DNA from: Candidatus Bathyarchaeota archaeon
GTDB lineage: Archaea; Thermoproteota; Bathyarchaeia; Bathyarchaeales; Bathycorpusculaceae
Length of the DNA stretch: 64,000 nucleotides
Direction: 5' to 3'
Assembly (NCBI GenBank): GCA_963828195.1
Contig: CAWHDT010000007.1
Location: forward strand, 96,001 to 160,000
Numbering within the stretch: the stretch's first letter is position 1; the number at the start of each line of letters is the position of its first letter. The notes under the pieces were generated by a model, which saw only the letters and a list, made by a program, of their open reading frames with translations, made no database searches and had not been told where the DNA came from. This document shows positions 28,418-38,670 of the stretch, piece by piece. The position numbers and the translations under genes are program-made.

Positions 28418-29695
28418 TTAAGCGATTTTCGCCAGTTCCATTTTTCCGAACAAGTGGACATCCACTTTGGAGCCTTTAGCTAAGTTTGTGTGTGGCGGAA
28501 TTATTGAGTAGCCGTTTGCTTTGACGATGGTTGTCAACGCGCTTGAACCTCCTTCAACCTGCTCTGCTAAGAGGTTGTCTTCGGCTCGTTTTAGGTGAAG
28601 GAGCAGAAACCTGAATTGCGGGCCAGACTCAACTGGTTCCGAAAGTTCAGCCGTTAAACCCAACGGCAAACCTTCTTCTGGCATACCGCAGTAGAAGCGG
28701 ATTAGAGGAGCTGCAAAAAGGTAAAAACCAGCGATACACGATCCGATGTGACCGGGCAGCATTATAATTGGTTTGCCGTTGACGATGCCGAAGCCTGAAA
28801 CAGCGCCGGGCCTCAATGATACGCCCTGCACAACTACGCCTGGTTCTCCGAGATTGTTTACGGCGTCGGGAACAAAATCTTTGACGCCCACCGAGGTGCC
28901 GCCGATAGTAACAACAATATCGGCGTCTGAGAGTGCTTCACCAATTTTCGCTTGCACGAGGTCCAGTGCGTCAGGCATTATTCCCTTCAGCGTTGCCGTG
29001 GCGCCTAATTCTGAAGATAGCCCAGCAACAACTAATGCGTAGTTGTTTGCGATTTTTGTCGGATTTTTTCTGCATTGCCTAATTAACTCGTCTCCCCCAG
29101 ACAGGATGGCGATTCGTGGCTGTTTGAAAACTTCAGCTTCCGCCAACCCGATTGATGCGAGCAGCCCAAGGTCTTGAGGCCGCAAAACTTGTCCGCGCCC
29201 AAGAATTAACGTGTCTTGTTTTACATCGTCTCCAAGCGGTATAATCCCCTCGCCAGATTTGATTTCGCGGAACACTTCGATTTTATCGCCGTTTAGACGG
29301 GTTTCTTCCACCTTAACGGTTGCAGCTGCTCCTCTGGGTATGGGTGCTCCGCATGCAACGTAAATTGCTTCGCCGCTTGCCACCTTAGCATCGGTTGGGT
29401 AGTCTGCTGGAAACAGTTTACCAACAATTTTAAACACGGCTGGTTTCTCGGTGGATACGCCCGCGGTGTCTTTTGGATTGATTGCGTAGCCGTCAATGAA
29501 GGTTTTATCGTAAGCTGGTATGTTTATTTTTGAATGGGCGTCTTTGGCTAAAACTCTGCCTAAAGCGTCAGCCAACCCGACTTTTTCCGTGGACAAGGTT
29601 TTTGAGTGTACAGCATCGATGAGCTTAGCTTGTGCTTCTTGGGGGTTAGCGCGTTTTGGCAGTCGCCTAATATCGGGTCTATCCATCGAGGGCAC
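28418..29695 (-). CDS. moeA: Molybdopterin molybdotransferase, atypical motifs
   Basis: ALGRVLA, DGYA, SGGDEL, TIGGTSVGVKDF, LRPG, MLPG, KANGY. Confidence 0.88.
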   Translation of the reverse strand: MPSMDRPDIRRLPKRANPQEAQAKLIDAVHSKTLSTEKVGLADALGRVLAKDAHSKINIPAYDKTFIDGYAINPKDTAGVSTEKPAVFKIVGKLFPADYPTDAKVASGEAIYVACGAPIPRGAAATVKVEETRLNGDKIEVFREIKSGEGIIPLGDDVKQDTLILGRGQVLRPQDLGLLASIGLAEAEVFKQPRIAILSGGDELIRQCRKNPTKIANNYALVVAGLSSELGATATLKGIMPDALDLVQAKIGEALSDADIVVTIGGTSVGVKDFVPDAVNNLGEPGVVVQGVSLRPGAVSGFGIVNGKPIIMLPGHIGSCIAGFYLFAAPLIRFYCGMPEEGLPLGLTAELSEPVESGPQFRFLLLHLKRAEDNLLAEQVEGGSSALTTIVKANGYSIIPPHTNLAKGSKVDVHLFGKMELAKIA

Positions 29696-30481
29696 CTACA
29701 GAATTATTCTATCGAACCCCGTGTAAACGTTCATGCGTTTTCCGCGAACAAAACCGACCAAGGAGATGTTGGCTTTTTCCGCCGAGGAAATACCCGAGTT
29801 TAAAACCGCCGCCACAGAAGCAACGATGGGCAAACCGACTTTCGCCGCCTTGTAAATCATGTCGCCAGGCACGCGCCCAGTGATAATCATGAAGCATTCG
29901 GTTAAGTCCACTTTTTTCAGTGACGCCTCGCCGATAACTTTGTCAACTGTGTTGTGCCTCCCCACGTCCTCGGAGAAAGCAACGATTGTACCGTTGACTT
30001 TGACGATGGCGGAGTCATGCAGCCCGCCGGTCTCCCGGAACCCTTTGGCAAGGCTGTTGATTTGGTTCACCGCGTTCAGGATGGCTTGGGCTTTGATTTT
30101 CAGCGGCGATTTTACGACGGGGATCTTCTCGTCACGCTGATAGGGTGATGTGCTGGCTTTAATGAGTGGAATGATGCGTGTGCTGCGCCTCGAGTTTTTC
30201 ATTCGTTCATCTAAATCCACGCTTGCCTTCAGCTTAAGGTGGCACCTATGCTCTTTTTCCTCTGTTTTTGCGGATTCTATTTCGTCCACTGACCACAAAA
30301 TGTCCTCGGCAAGCAAGTAGCCAACAGCGAGCTCTTTAAACTGCGAGGGAGAACACCAAATAACAAACGTGTAAACATCATTCAAGGAGATTTGCAGTGG
30401 GACTTCTTCGGCAACGCAGTCCCTTGTTTTCTCTGCCTTCCCAGTTGATAAGTCAAGCCTAACAATGTCAACCTGACGCAT
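29696..30481 (-). CDS. fdhD: FdhD/NarQ-family protein lacking the usual Cys loop
   Basis: VAEEVPL, ELAVGYL, FRETGGLH, EDVGRHNTVDKVIG, TGR, LVGFVRG. Confidence 0.88.
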   Translation of the reverse strand: MRQVDIVRLDLSTGKAEKTRDCVAEEVPLQISLNDVYTFVIWCSPSQFKELAVGYLLAEDILWSVDEIESAKTEEKEHRCHLKLKASVDLDERMKNSRRSTRIIPLIKASTSPYQRDEKIPVVKSPLKIKAQAILNAVNQINSLAKGFRETGGLHDSAIVKVNGTIVAFSEDVGRHNTVDKVIGEASLKKVDLTECFMIITGRVPGDMIYKAAKVGLPIVASVAAVLNSGISSAEKANISLVGFVRGKRMNVYTGFDRIIL

Positions 30482-30631
30482 AATGTTGTCCTCAGTTGGT
30501 GTTGTTTTTGACTCAGCGGACTTGATAAGGCATTCGGCTAACTATGCAAGGATAGAACTAGAGAACGTAGAGGCTAAAAGAAGCCTTCTGTGATTCGAAT
30601 TCATGCTTAATTACTGTTAGCGAGAATTACT

Positions 30632-31219
30632 TTAGACTGGTTTGAACCCTAAGGACAAATAAATTTTTATTGCTGAGCTGTTGGTTTCGTTGACATCAAG
30701 TATCGCTGAGGGTAAACCTATCTTTCTGAAATAATGCAGCGCATAAAGCGCAAGGTAACGCCCAAGACCTTTTTCTCGATGTTCAGGAACAACACATAAT
30801 CTGTGAACGCATCCCACTACACCCCCCTGAAAGGGCATCTTCATGGCATAAACAGTTCCGACAAATTCGTTGCCATGTTTAAGGAAGAAGAAGCCGTTTG
30901 GGTCAAGGTCTCTGTGTTGGCTGATTTCGGAAACGTCGGCTGGAAAGTGCTGACCGAAGGAGCGTTTGATAAGCCGCACCCACAGCTCTTCATCTCCACT
31001 GCGAAATGTTCTGACTTGATAATTCGGTTCTTCTGGCAGATCTTTCAGATTCTCAAGACTATCCAACTTCATGATGAAATATCGAGACGGGCTAAAAAGA
31101 AGGTTCTTCAGCATCACCACTGGTTTCGCATCTAGGACATTTTCCAGTTCACTTGAGATTGGCACTGGAAGTTTTATTAGAATAGGTTTCAGCTTCTCTA
31201 AATCAAGTATTTGCCCCAT
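30632..31219 (-). CDS. GNAT-family N-acetyltransferase
   Basis: LCVVPEHREKGLGRYL; N..AIKIYLSLGF; ATG 31219 is the likely start. Confidence 0.88.
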   Translation of the reverse strand: MGQILDLEKLKPILIKLPVPISSELENVLDAKPVVMLKNLLFSPSRYFIMKLDSLENLKDLPEEPNYQVRTFRSGDEELWVRLIKRSFGQHFPADVSEISQHRDLDPNGFFFLKHGNEFVGTVYAMKMPFQGGVVGCVHRLCVVPEHREKGLGRYLALYALHYFRKIGLPSAILDVNETNSSAIKIYLSLGFKPV

Positions 31220-31503
31220 GTAAAGACCTTCTTTGAAAAGTAAACCCAACTTTTTGGGGAACTCTCTGAGTCTTAGAATACAGCAATAACAATATCTCAA
31301 AACCAAAGGTGATATTTAAGTTGCTATAGAACTTTGAGCCATATTTCAGATATATATCTTTCTCGAGAAAACCCCGAATGCATATGTAAAAAAAAGTTTT
31401 TTTTTATCCTTATTTATAAACAAGCAAGCGCCTACTAGCATTTAGTAACCTACCGAAAGGTTAAGGTTTTTGCAAGTTATAAATTTTGACAGGCGAACTC
31501 GAC

Positions 31504-31653
31504 ATGCCAAAAACGTATAAGTGCGCTGTTAACGCGAAGGATTTGGAGTTGGATAGCCAGCTGCCAATAAAATCGATGGAGGAACCGTCAGCTTTACATG
31601 ATGCAAAGGATGAACGCAAATACTGGGAAGGGCGAAGAATCCTACCTGTATAG
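31504..31653 (+). CDS. Small hypothetical protein (49 aa)
   Basis: Manual ORF MPKTYKCAVNAKDLELDSQLPIKSMEEPSALHDAKDERKYWEGRRILPV, with a TATA-like ttataaa about 25 nt upstream. Confidence 0.3.
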   Translation: MPKTYKCAVNAKDLELDSQLPIKSMEEPSALHDAKDERKYWEGRRILPV

Positions 31654-32551
31654 AAAACTGCAGGGTCAATCGACTGAAAAATAAAGCTCAAGCTTCCGTT
31701 CCCTTCTTTTTAGGGAGGTTTACTGAAGTTCAAAAATAAGAAATTTTAGTTGAAAACCGCCTCTGCATGTTTTGACAAGCGCAAAACAATTTTTTCGGTG
31801 CGCAATTGCTTTGCTCCATATTAAGGCACTCTAAAATTTCAGGTCAGCCGTGGAACATGAGTTTATGTTTTCCGTCTGTAAGAAATATGTGGGCTCTCTT
31901 TGACCTGCGACTTTGAAGCTCTTTTCAGCAAGTGCGTTGATTACCGTACGCCAACTCAAACCAGTTATTGAAGAACTATTAAACGAAAAATGAAAAATAG
32001 TAGAAATTATCTTTTTCTTCAAGCTTAAGAAGCGAAAGTTATCCTTTGGTCGTGATGAGGTAATATTCGGGATTTGTTCACTGTTACTGCATTTTGTAAC
32101 GACATTATGTTTTTATAGACTTTTCATTTTCAATATTGTTATCGCTCTTGCTATTTGTTTAGTACATTTTTTTTGTGTCAACAAATCTTTACAAGAGCCT
32201 TCTTATCGGAAAGCACATTCATAGCACGAGTGATAAAATAACTGTTGAAGGAGCGTTTGGGTATGAAACCAGAAGAACGACCAATCTATAATTCACATCA
32301 CTATTTGCCGTTTGCCCATGGATTACTAAATTATGAAGAAGATTGCAAGAATGCACGGAAAAGTTGTTTTAAGATGAAACTAAACCGGTTGCCGTATCAG
32401 AAAAGAAATTAGGAGTGTATCGAAAGCAACGCGCACCGAATCCCGCCGAAAAATCCTCTTGAGTTAATTAGGCATCATCAATTAATTCTTTAAAATAATG
32501 TTTTTGGTTTGATTTTTTAAAAAAAGAGGAAAGGGTTGTTGGCTTGTTAAG

Positions 32552-33568
32552 TTATGGGCCTGCTGATTTCCACGCGACTGAGAAGCTTTGACCGCCTGAG
32601 CCGACGGATGATGGCTGTGCCATGGTTGCGCCTGTTGACTTGTTGACCATTGTTATCTCATTTGCCGCGGAGCTTGATGGAGTAAGTGTCCCGCTTGCTG
32701 CGGTGGCGGAACAAGAGCTGAAGCTGACCCCGGGGGTGTTGCCGAAGTTCGCTAGCGGTAGGACTCCGCTGGAAGAGGATGGTGCCTCTGCAATCCACTC
32801 AGCTGAAGACCGGGCGGCGCCAGAAACAGATGAAGAAGTGCTGTAGGTCCAGCCGTGTGCGGTTGATTCGTCAGTGATGGTTATGGTGAATTCGCTGGTT
32901 GATCTGCCGAATGCATTGCTTGGGTTGTTGAATGCGTTAGCCGGGTTGTTGAGTACGCTTCCCGTTGCGTCCAAAATGGGGTTTGAGCTGCCTAGTATAC
33001 TGTTTGGGCCGCCGAAGTCGGGTCCGCCTGAGGTGCCACTGTACTTCACTGATGCAGAAATTACGTCTCCTGCAGCTACTGGGGCTGGAGTTGTGGTGGT
33101 CCTGTGGTTTACTGTTGTGGTTTGGACGATTTCGTACATTGGGCTCGGATAGAACTCGAACCAAGCGAGGTACGTTGTGGTTGCGCCGGTGGTTTCAGCG
33201 AGAATTCCTGTTTGCTCCACAGTTGAGGAACTGTACCCGTCGATGCCTACCCAGAAGGCTGCGTAGTACGTCGTTGTGGAGCTGGTGCCTGCAGTCATGG
33301 TTGGAACCGTCCAGACTCCGCTGACTGAAGAAACAGATGAACCAGTGACTGCGTATCCGCTCCAATTTGTACTGCTGACGTTGCTGCCGCTGATGCTTGC
33401 TATATTCATGTCTGGTGCAGTAATTAGGCTCGAGACAGCCAAAGCAGGGCTTACTGCTGCTAAAAGCATGAGGAAGCCAACGAGAAATGCTGATAGTTTG
33501 GTTGATGTTTTCATTAAATGCATCCTTCTTTGTTCATAATTCCAATATTTATAGAGAGTTTTGAGCAA
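32552..33568 (-). CDS. Secreted glutamic peptidase, family G1 (eqolisin/Peptidase_A4)
   Basis: SSTNWSGY, FWVGIDG, VEQTG (catalytic Q), AWFEFYP, SSAEWIAEAP (catalytic E), LANFG. The signal peptide suggests the real start is near MKTSTK (about 33514). Confidence 0.9.
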   Translation of the reverse strand: MLKTLYKYWNYEQRRMHLMKTSTKLSAFLVGFLMLLAAVSPALAVSSLITAPDMNIASISGSNVSSTNWSGYAVTGSSVSSVSGVWTVPTMTAGTSSTTTYYAAFWVGIDGYSSSTVEQTGILAETTGATTTYLAWFEFYPSPMYEIVQTTTVNHRTTTTPAPVAAGDVISASVKYSGTSGGPDFGGPNSILGSSNPILDATGSVLNNPANAFNNPSNAFGRSTSEFTITITDESTAHGWTYSTSSSVSGAARSSAEWIAEAPSSSSGVLPLANFGNTPGVSFSSCSATAASGTLTPSSSAANEITMVNKSTGATMAQPSSVGSGGQSFSVAWKSAGP

Positions 33569-33799
33569 ATATAAAAGTTTTCCAGAATGTTAAGCTGCCT
33601 GCGTTAAAGAGACGCAAATAAGCTAGCGTCTAAGCCCATGCATAACCTGAACTTTAGCGTGGGTACATAGGAATTTTTCATTTATGGGAATAAAATATTG
33701 CAATAAACTTTAATGTGCTGAAATTCAAAAAATGAATAATGGATTTTTTGAAAACCTTCTTATGCCATTGTTGCAAGTGTTTTATAAAGGGAGGGAAAC

Positions 33800-35056
33800 G
33801 TGGTTAACTTCTCGTCTACAAAACGCGAGATTCTTATTTTAGCCCTGTTGCTTGCCGTTTCCTTCCTAGTCAGGGTTCTCCTGTTTCCCCTAAAAGGATA
33901 CCCTATTGACACGGGAGATTTTATTTCATGGATTAATACTGCTACTCAATATGGCATAAGACCTTTTTACAATGTTGCAGGATTCAGCGATTATCCGCCT
34001 TTCAGCATTTACATTTTCTGGGTATTCGGCTCCTTTGCAAAAGCAGTTGGCATCAGCACAACAAACATAGTGAAGCTAGCGCCTAACCTTTTCGATTTAG
34101 GAACGGCAGCGCTGATTTACGTTTTTGTTAGAAAACAAGCGAGTTTCAAATCCGCTCTGCTGGCGACGTCGCTTTACGCTTTTAACCCGGCTGTAATCTA
34201 CAACGCGGCAGTATGGGGACAATATGACGCAATTTACACTTTCTTTTTGATACTTTCGCTTATGCTTGCGCTTAAATCCCGACCTAAACTTGCAGCCGCA
34301 GCCTTCGCGTTAGGGCTATTAACTAAGCCTCAGGGAATAGTTTTGGCGCCTCTGATCGCTTTCTTGATTTATAAGAAAAACGGGTTGAAAAATCTGCTAG
34401 TTTCTGTTGCGGTGTTTGCCGCGATGGTTTTCTTGGTTATTCTTCCGTTCGAATGGAGCAACCCGTTCACTTTCCTTTCCAAAATTTATTTTGGCGGTTA
34501 CGGCGAGTATGCGTACACTTCGATTAACGCTTTTAACCTGTGGGGTTTGTACGGCTTATGGGTGCCAGACGGAGGCCTGTATATTGCGGGTTTGGCGTTA
34601 TTCGGGGTCTTCGCCGTCTTCACTTTATATGTTTTGTACAAACGGTTTAATGCTTCAAACGAGTTTCTGGCAATCTACGCAGCATTCATGTTTTTCTTCG
34701 CATTCTTCATGCTTCCAACCAGAATTCACGAGCGGTACCTGTTTCCAGCCATAAGCGTTTTGGCATTGATGTACCCGTTCCTCAAAAAAACCCGCCCGCT
34801 ATATTACGTTTTGACAGCGACTCTTCTGGTCAATCAAGCCTACGTGCTCTACTGGCTCAATTTATCTTATCCTAACGCTGGACCTAATTTGACCGGAAAC
34901 CCCGTGGTTCTGGCGGTAAGCGCTATTAATTTATTGATGCTTGTCTATGCTTCAATACTAATGTGGAATCAGCTCAGAGGGCATGGAGGGCTCGAACCTG
35001 AACCGCCACCAGCGCCCACGTTAAGCCAAAGCCAAGAGAGGGGTGAACCGAAATGA
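33800..35056 (+). CDS. GT-C integral membrane glycosyltransferase (GT87/PIG-M-like)
   Basis: DYPP, FNPAVIYNAAVWGQYDAI, LTKPQG, SINAFNLW, PTRIHERYLFP; many TMs. Confidence 0.85.
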   Translation: MVNFSSTKREILILALLLAVSFLVRVLLFPLKGYPIDTGDFISWINTATQYGIRPFYNVAGFSDYPPFSIYIFWVFGSFAKAVGISTTNIVKLAPNLFDLGTAALIYVFVRKQASFKSALLATSLYAFNPAVIYNAAVWGQYDAIYTFFLILSLMLALKSRPKLAAAAFALGLLTKPQGIVLAPLIAFLIYKKNGLKNLLVSVAVFAAMVFLVILPFEWSNPFTFLSKIYFGGYGEYAYTSINAFNLWGLYGLWVPDGGLYIAGLALFGVFAVFTLYVLYKRFNASNEFLAIYAAFMFFFAFFMLPTRIHERYLFPAISVLALMYPFLKKTRPLYYVLTATLLVNQAYVLYWLNLSYPNAGPNLTGNPVVLAVSAINLLMLVYASILMWNQLRGHGGLEPEPPPAPTLSQSQERGEPK

Positions 35057-36840
35057 ACCTGGGGTTACAAATCAACAAGAAAGACTTGGTTACTATAGTT
35101 TTGTTATGCATCGTTTTTTTCTCCATAGCTGTGGTTAACCTTGGGGATACAACTTACCCCACAACTGTAACTCAAGTCACGGCTGGACAGGGCTTCTACG
35201 TTAATTTCGGCAGCCCAACCAACGTTAACTCGATCTTTTTCCTGCTGGATGTAGGAGCGATGAACGTCACCGTTTATTCGGGGACGCCGGGAAACTGGAC
35301 AATTGTTACAAACAGTATTGAACCGCCTCTTTCCAGCGGCGCATGGTCGGAGGATTATAATAAATGGTATCAGATCCCCGTTGGTCAAACCACTCAGTAC
35401 TTGCAAGTAGACATTGGCTACGTCGGGGACAGCGATGGGACACAGCTTTCACAGATCGCTGTTTTAAACCAAAATGAACAGCAAGTCACAATTCAATCAA
35501 TCACCAGTGACGAAACCGGAAGCTTGCCGGTAAACAACCTTGTCAACGCGCAAAGCACCTTTCACTACCCCATAGATTACATGGAAGAGACCTATTTTGA
35601 CGAAATCTACTTTGTCAGAACAGCCCAAGAATACCTGCATTACCAGTTGCCATACGAGTGGACGCATCCGCCGCTGGGAAAACTCATCCAAGCTTCAGGC
35701 ATCGTAATTTTCGGTTTTGACCCGTTCGGATGGCGAATAATGGGTGTCATCTTTGCCACACTTATGATTGCCCTCATGTATCTGCTTGGCAAAAAAATGT
35801 TCGGAACGTGGATTGGAGGTTTCTCAGCAGCGTTTTTGTTAACTTTTGACTTCATGCATTTCACCATGGCGCGGATGGGCACGGCTGACACCTACGTCGT
35901 GTTCTTTTCTTTGGCTTCGCAACTTTTCTTTTTGATTTACCTCAAAGATGTTCTTGCTAAAGGCTGGAAAACAAGCGTTGTACCTTTGTTTTTGGCTGTC
36001 ACGTTTGCCGCTTTAGGGTTCTCCACGAAATGGCTTGTTCTCTTCGGTTTTCTGGGGGAAATAGCTATCCTTGTGTCGCTGCGGCTCAGTGAAGTTAAAA
36101 ATTTGAGGGGGAACATATCTGCAAAGTTTTATGCTTTGCTTGATCGCCCGTACTCTCAAATTGTCGCTTTTATTTTGCTTGGAATAGGAATTTACTTTTT
36201 GACTTATATTCCAGACATGCTTGCGGGTAGGTCATTTATCGGCGTTTTAAATCTGCAGGAGCAAATGTATATTTACCAAGCAACCCTGAAGGCGACGCAT
36301 CCGTTTGCTTCTCCATGGTACAGTTGGCCTTTCATGTTTAACCCATTCAACCCGGCGACGCATACGCCCCTTTGGCTTCAAGTGGCAGGCAGCTCTAACG
36401 GTTTTGCCGCCGGTACAGAATCAACAATTGTTTTGCTGGGAAATCCGGCTGTCTGGTGGCTCGGCTTTATCATCATAGCAGGAATAGCCGTTTTCACGAT
36501 TCCAAAAATATTTTTGAAACGCGCCCACTTTAGTTTAAGAGAAAACTTGCCTGCCGTATTTATCCTTGTGATATTCTCTTTCCAGTGGCTGGTCTATATT
36601 TTCATTTCAAGAATTACTTTCATCTACCATTTCTACGTGTGCGTGCCATTCCTCTGTTTAGGTTCAGCTTTCGTAATAAACAGGTACTGGGGAAATAAGT
36701 GGGGGAAGATTTTGGGGATAGCTTACTTTGTGCTTGTGGTCGCGTTGTTTGTTCTTTTCTACCCCGTTATTTCAGGCGTGCCAACTACAACCTCGTTTGT
36801 GAAGAGTTTGGAGTGGTTCAAAAGCTGGATTCTGGGATAA
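35053..36840 (+). CDS. Dolichyl-phosphate-mannose:protein O-mannosyltransferase-like (GT39/PMT)
   Basis: YFDEIYF, HPPLGKLI, FGWRI, STKW, HPFASPWYSWP, GNPAVWW, RITFIYHF, FYPVISG. Confidence 0.88.
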   Translation: MNLGLQINKKDLVTIVLLCIVFFSIAVVNLGDTTYPTTVTQVTAGQGFYVNFGSPTNVNSIFFLLDVGAMNVTVYSGTPGNWTIVTNSIEPPLSSGAWSEDYNKWYQIPVGQTTQYLQVDIGYVGDSDGTQLSQIAVLNQNEQQVTIQSITSDETGSLPVNNLVNAQSTFHYPIDYMEETYFDEIYFVRTAQEYLHYQLPYEWTHPPLGKLIQASGIVIFGFDPFGWRIMGVIFATLMIALMYLLGKKMFGTWIGGFSAAFLLTFDFMHFTMARMGTADTYVVFFSLASQLFFLIYLKDVLAKGWKTSVVPLFLAVTFAALGFSTKWLVLFGFLGEIAILVSLRLSEVKNLRGNISAKFYALLDRPYSQIVAFILLGIGIYFLTYIPDMLAGRSFIGVLNLQEQMYIYQATLKATHPFASPWYSWPFMFNPFNPATHTPLWLQVAGSSNGFAAGTESTIVLLGNPAVWWLGFIIIAGIAVFTIPKIFLKRAHFSLRENLPAVFILVIFSFQWLVYIFISRITFIYHFYVCVPFLCLGSAFVINRYWGNKWGKILGIAYFVLVVALFVLFYPVISGVPTTTSFVKSLEWFKSWILG

Positions 36841-36842
36841 AC

Positions 36843-37571
36843 TTGAGTAATAAAGTGTTGGTTTCTGTTGTTCTTCCAGCCTACAACGAAGCGGATAAAC
36901 TGGAGGGCGCCGTGACAAAAATCAGCCAAGCCCTAAAAGAAACGGGTTACAGCTATGAGATTGTAATTGCTGAAGACGGCAGCACGGACGGAACCGCTGA
37001 ACGCTCTGAAGAGCTGGCGCAAAAGTTCCCGTACATTAAGCATATTCACCGCGAAAAACGGTTGGGAAGGGGAACAGCTCTTAACAACGCTTTTAGGCAG
37101 TGCAGCGGCGAAGTTTTGGTTTACATGGATTTAGATTTAGCCACTGACCTCAAATCTCTCAAGCCTCTTGTCGACGCCATCGCGGTCGAAGGCTACGACT
37201 TATCAACTGGTTCAAGAATGCTGCCTGAAAGTAAGGTTGAACGCAGCCTTCGCAGAAGCATCAGCTCAAAAAGCTACAACTTTCTGGTTCGGCACATACT
37301 GGGCTCTAAAGTCAGGGACCACCAATGCGGCTTCAAAGCTTTCAAAAGAGAACCGCTCATGCAGTTGCTCGGTGAAGTAGAGGCGACTCACTGGTTTTGG
37401 GACACAGAAATAATTGTAAGAGCATACCGCCGCGGCTACAGGGTAAAAGAGATTCCAGTCGAATGGAAAAGCGGCGCAGGCACAAAAGTTAACATCATCA
37501 AAGATTCCTCAAGCATGTTTAGCCAGGTGATGAAGCTTTGGTGGAAACTGAAAATAAAACGGGAAGCCTAA
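36843..37571 (+). CDS. GT2 polyprenol-phosphate glycosyltransferase (DPM1/ALG5-like)
   Basis: VVLPAYNE, EDGSTDGT, MDLD, GSR, DHQCGFKAF, FWDTE, EIPVEW. TTG 36843 is preferred over the track start 36699. Confidence 0.9.
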   Translation: MSNKVLVSVVLPAYNEADKLEGAVTKISQALKETGYSYEIVIAEDGSTDGTAERSEELAQKFPYIKHIHREKRLGRGTALNNAFRQCSGEVLVYMDLDLATDLKSLKPLVDAIAVEGYDLSTGSRMLPESKVERSLRRSISSKSYNFLVRHILGSKVRDHQCGFKAFKREPLMQLLGEVEATHWFWDTEIIVRAYRRGYRVKEIPVEWKSGAGTKVNIIKDSSSMFSQVMKLWWKLKIKREA

Positions 37572-38113
37572 CCGTGTCGTGAGCCTAAAAGAACAAAAGA
37601 TCTAGCAACCAACGCTAAACCACCAATCAGAATTATGCCAGCCCAAAAAACAAACCACTCGCTCATTATAGTCATGTTTACAAGGTAAGTAATCGCTAAA
37701 TAGCTTGCTCCAAGCCAAAAAACAACGTTTTCAACAGTTTCAGCTTTTCTTGTAAGCGGCGAATGCATCAAAATCCGTATCGCTAAAACCGAAAGTTCTA
37801 AAATGCCTAAACCCAAACACAGCTCGAAAGCAGCATTATAAATAATCGTGTAGGCGCCCGGATTGAACGGCGCAGGCAAAGAAAAACTGGTTCCTGGAAC
37901 TTGAGCTAAAACAAACGAGCCGAAAAAACTGACTAAGGCATTCCAGATATTTTGTGAGAGATTAATGACGTAAACCACGGCGACCAGAATAAAAATAAGC
38001 CCCGCATATACTGCGGTAATCAAGTTTTCTTTTTTCTTCTCATTTAGCGCCTGCGTTTTCAAATCATCAGTCAAGCGGGTTGTCCCCATGCGAATATACT
38101 CCTTGAGAACCAT
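37568..38113 (-). CDS. Hypothetical membrane protein
   Basis: About four hydrophobic segments. Confidence 0.65.
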   Translation of the reverse strand: MVLKEYIRMGTTRLTDDLKTQALNEKKKENLITAVYAGLIFILVAVVYVINLSQNIWNALVSFFGSFVLAQVPGTSFSLPAPFNPGAYTIIYNAAFELCLGLGILELSVLAIRILMHSPLTRKAETVENVVFWLGASYLAITYLVNMTIMSEWFVFWAGIILIGGLALVARSFVLLGSRHG

Positions 38114-38191
38114 ATATGTTTCTCTATAAACCGAATTAGTGCAAGTTTTAATAGTTTGAGATGATTAAAAAGATAAAGCTGGAGAATTCGC

Positions 38192-38596
38192 ATGTCATAT
38201 TGTCCCAAATGTGGTGATGTCATTGATGGCACAATAGTTTTTTGCCCAAAATGCGGGACAACACTGAAAGACGCAGCACCTATTCAAGAAGCATCTGCAA
38301 GCGGGGAACAAGAAAAGACGGAGAAACAAGAGAGCCCAGCAGTCGTCGATATTCAAGAGAAAAACCAGTATGACTTTGTGAAATACCTCGCCAGCGGGTT
38401 AATAATCATCGTATTAGGCGTATTCGCTATCCTGGATTTAACCATTCACAACTTTGACACGGGTCAGGCAATACCTATTGCGCTAATTTTAATCGGCATA
38501 ATCATAATAATCGCGGCAATTTACGTGACTGTTCCAACCCGAAAATATTTCCAGCGTCTCTTTAGCCGACCCAAAAAAGAGCCAGCGAAAACTTAG
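38192..38596 (+). CDS. Zinc-ribbon membrane protein
   Basis: YCPKCG...FCPKCG followed by two TMs. Confidence 0.8.
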   Translation: MSYCPKCGDVIDGTIVFCPKCGTTLKDAAPIQEASASGEQEKTEKQESPAVVDIQEKNQYDFVKYLASGLIIIVLGVFAILDLTIHNFDTGQAIPIALILIGIIIIIAAIYVTVPTRKYFQRLFSRPKKEPAKT

Positions 38597-38670
38597 CCCC
38601 TGCCTGTTATGTATGGCTTATATGCGTCCCTTTTGAATAAATAAAACAGTAAACCTTTGACGTTTGGAGG

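Noticed and set aside
18591-30481. Selenoproteins (UGA-Sec) in the selD cluster
   Set aside because: SelD has Cys (HGCSCK); DsrE, TusA, DCCP and FdhD are uninterrupted ORFs; no SECIS was recognised.
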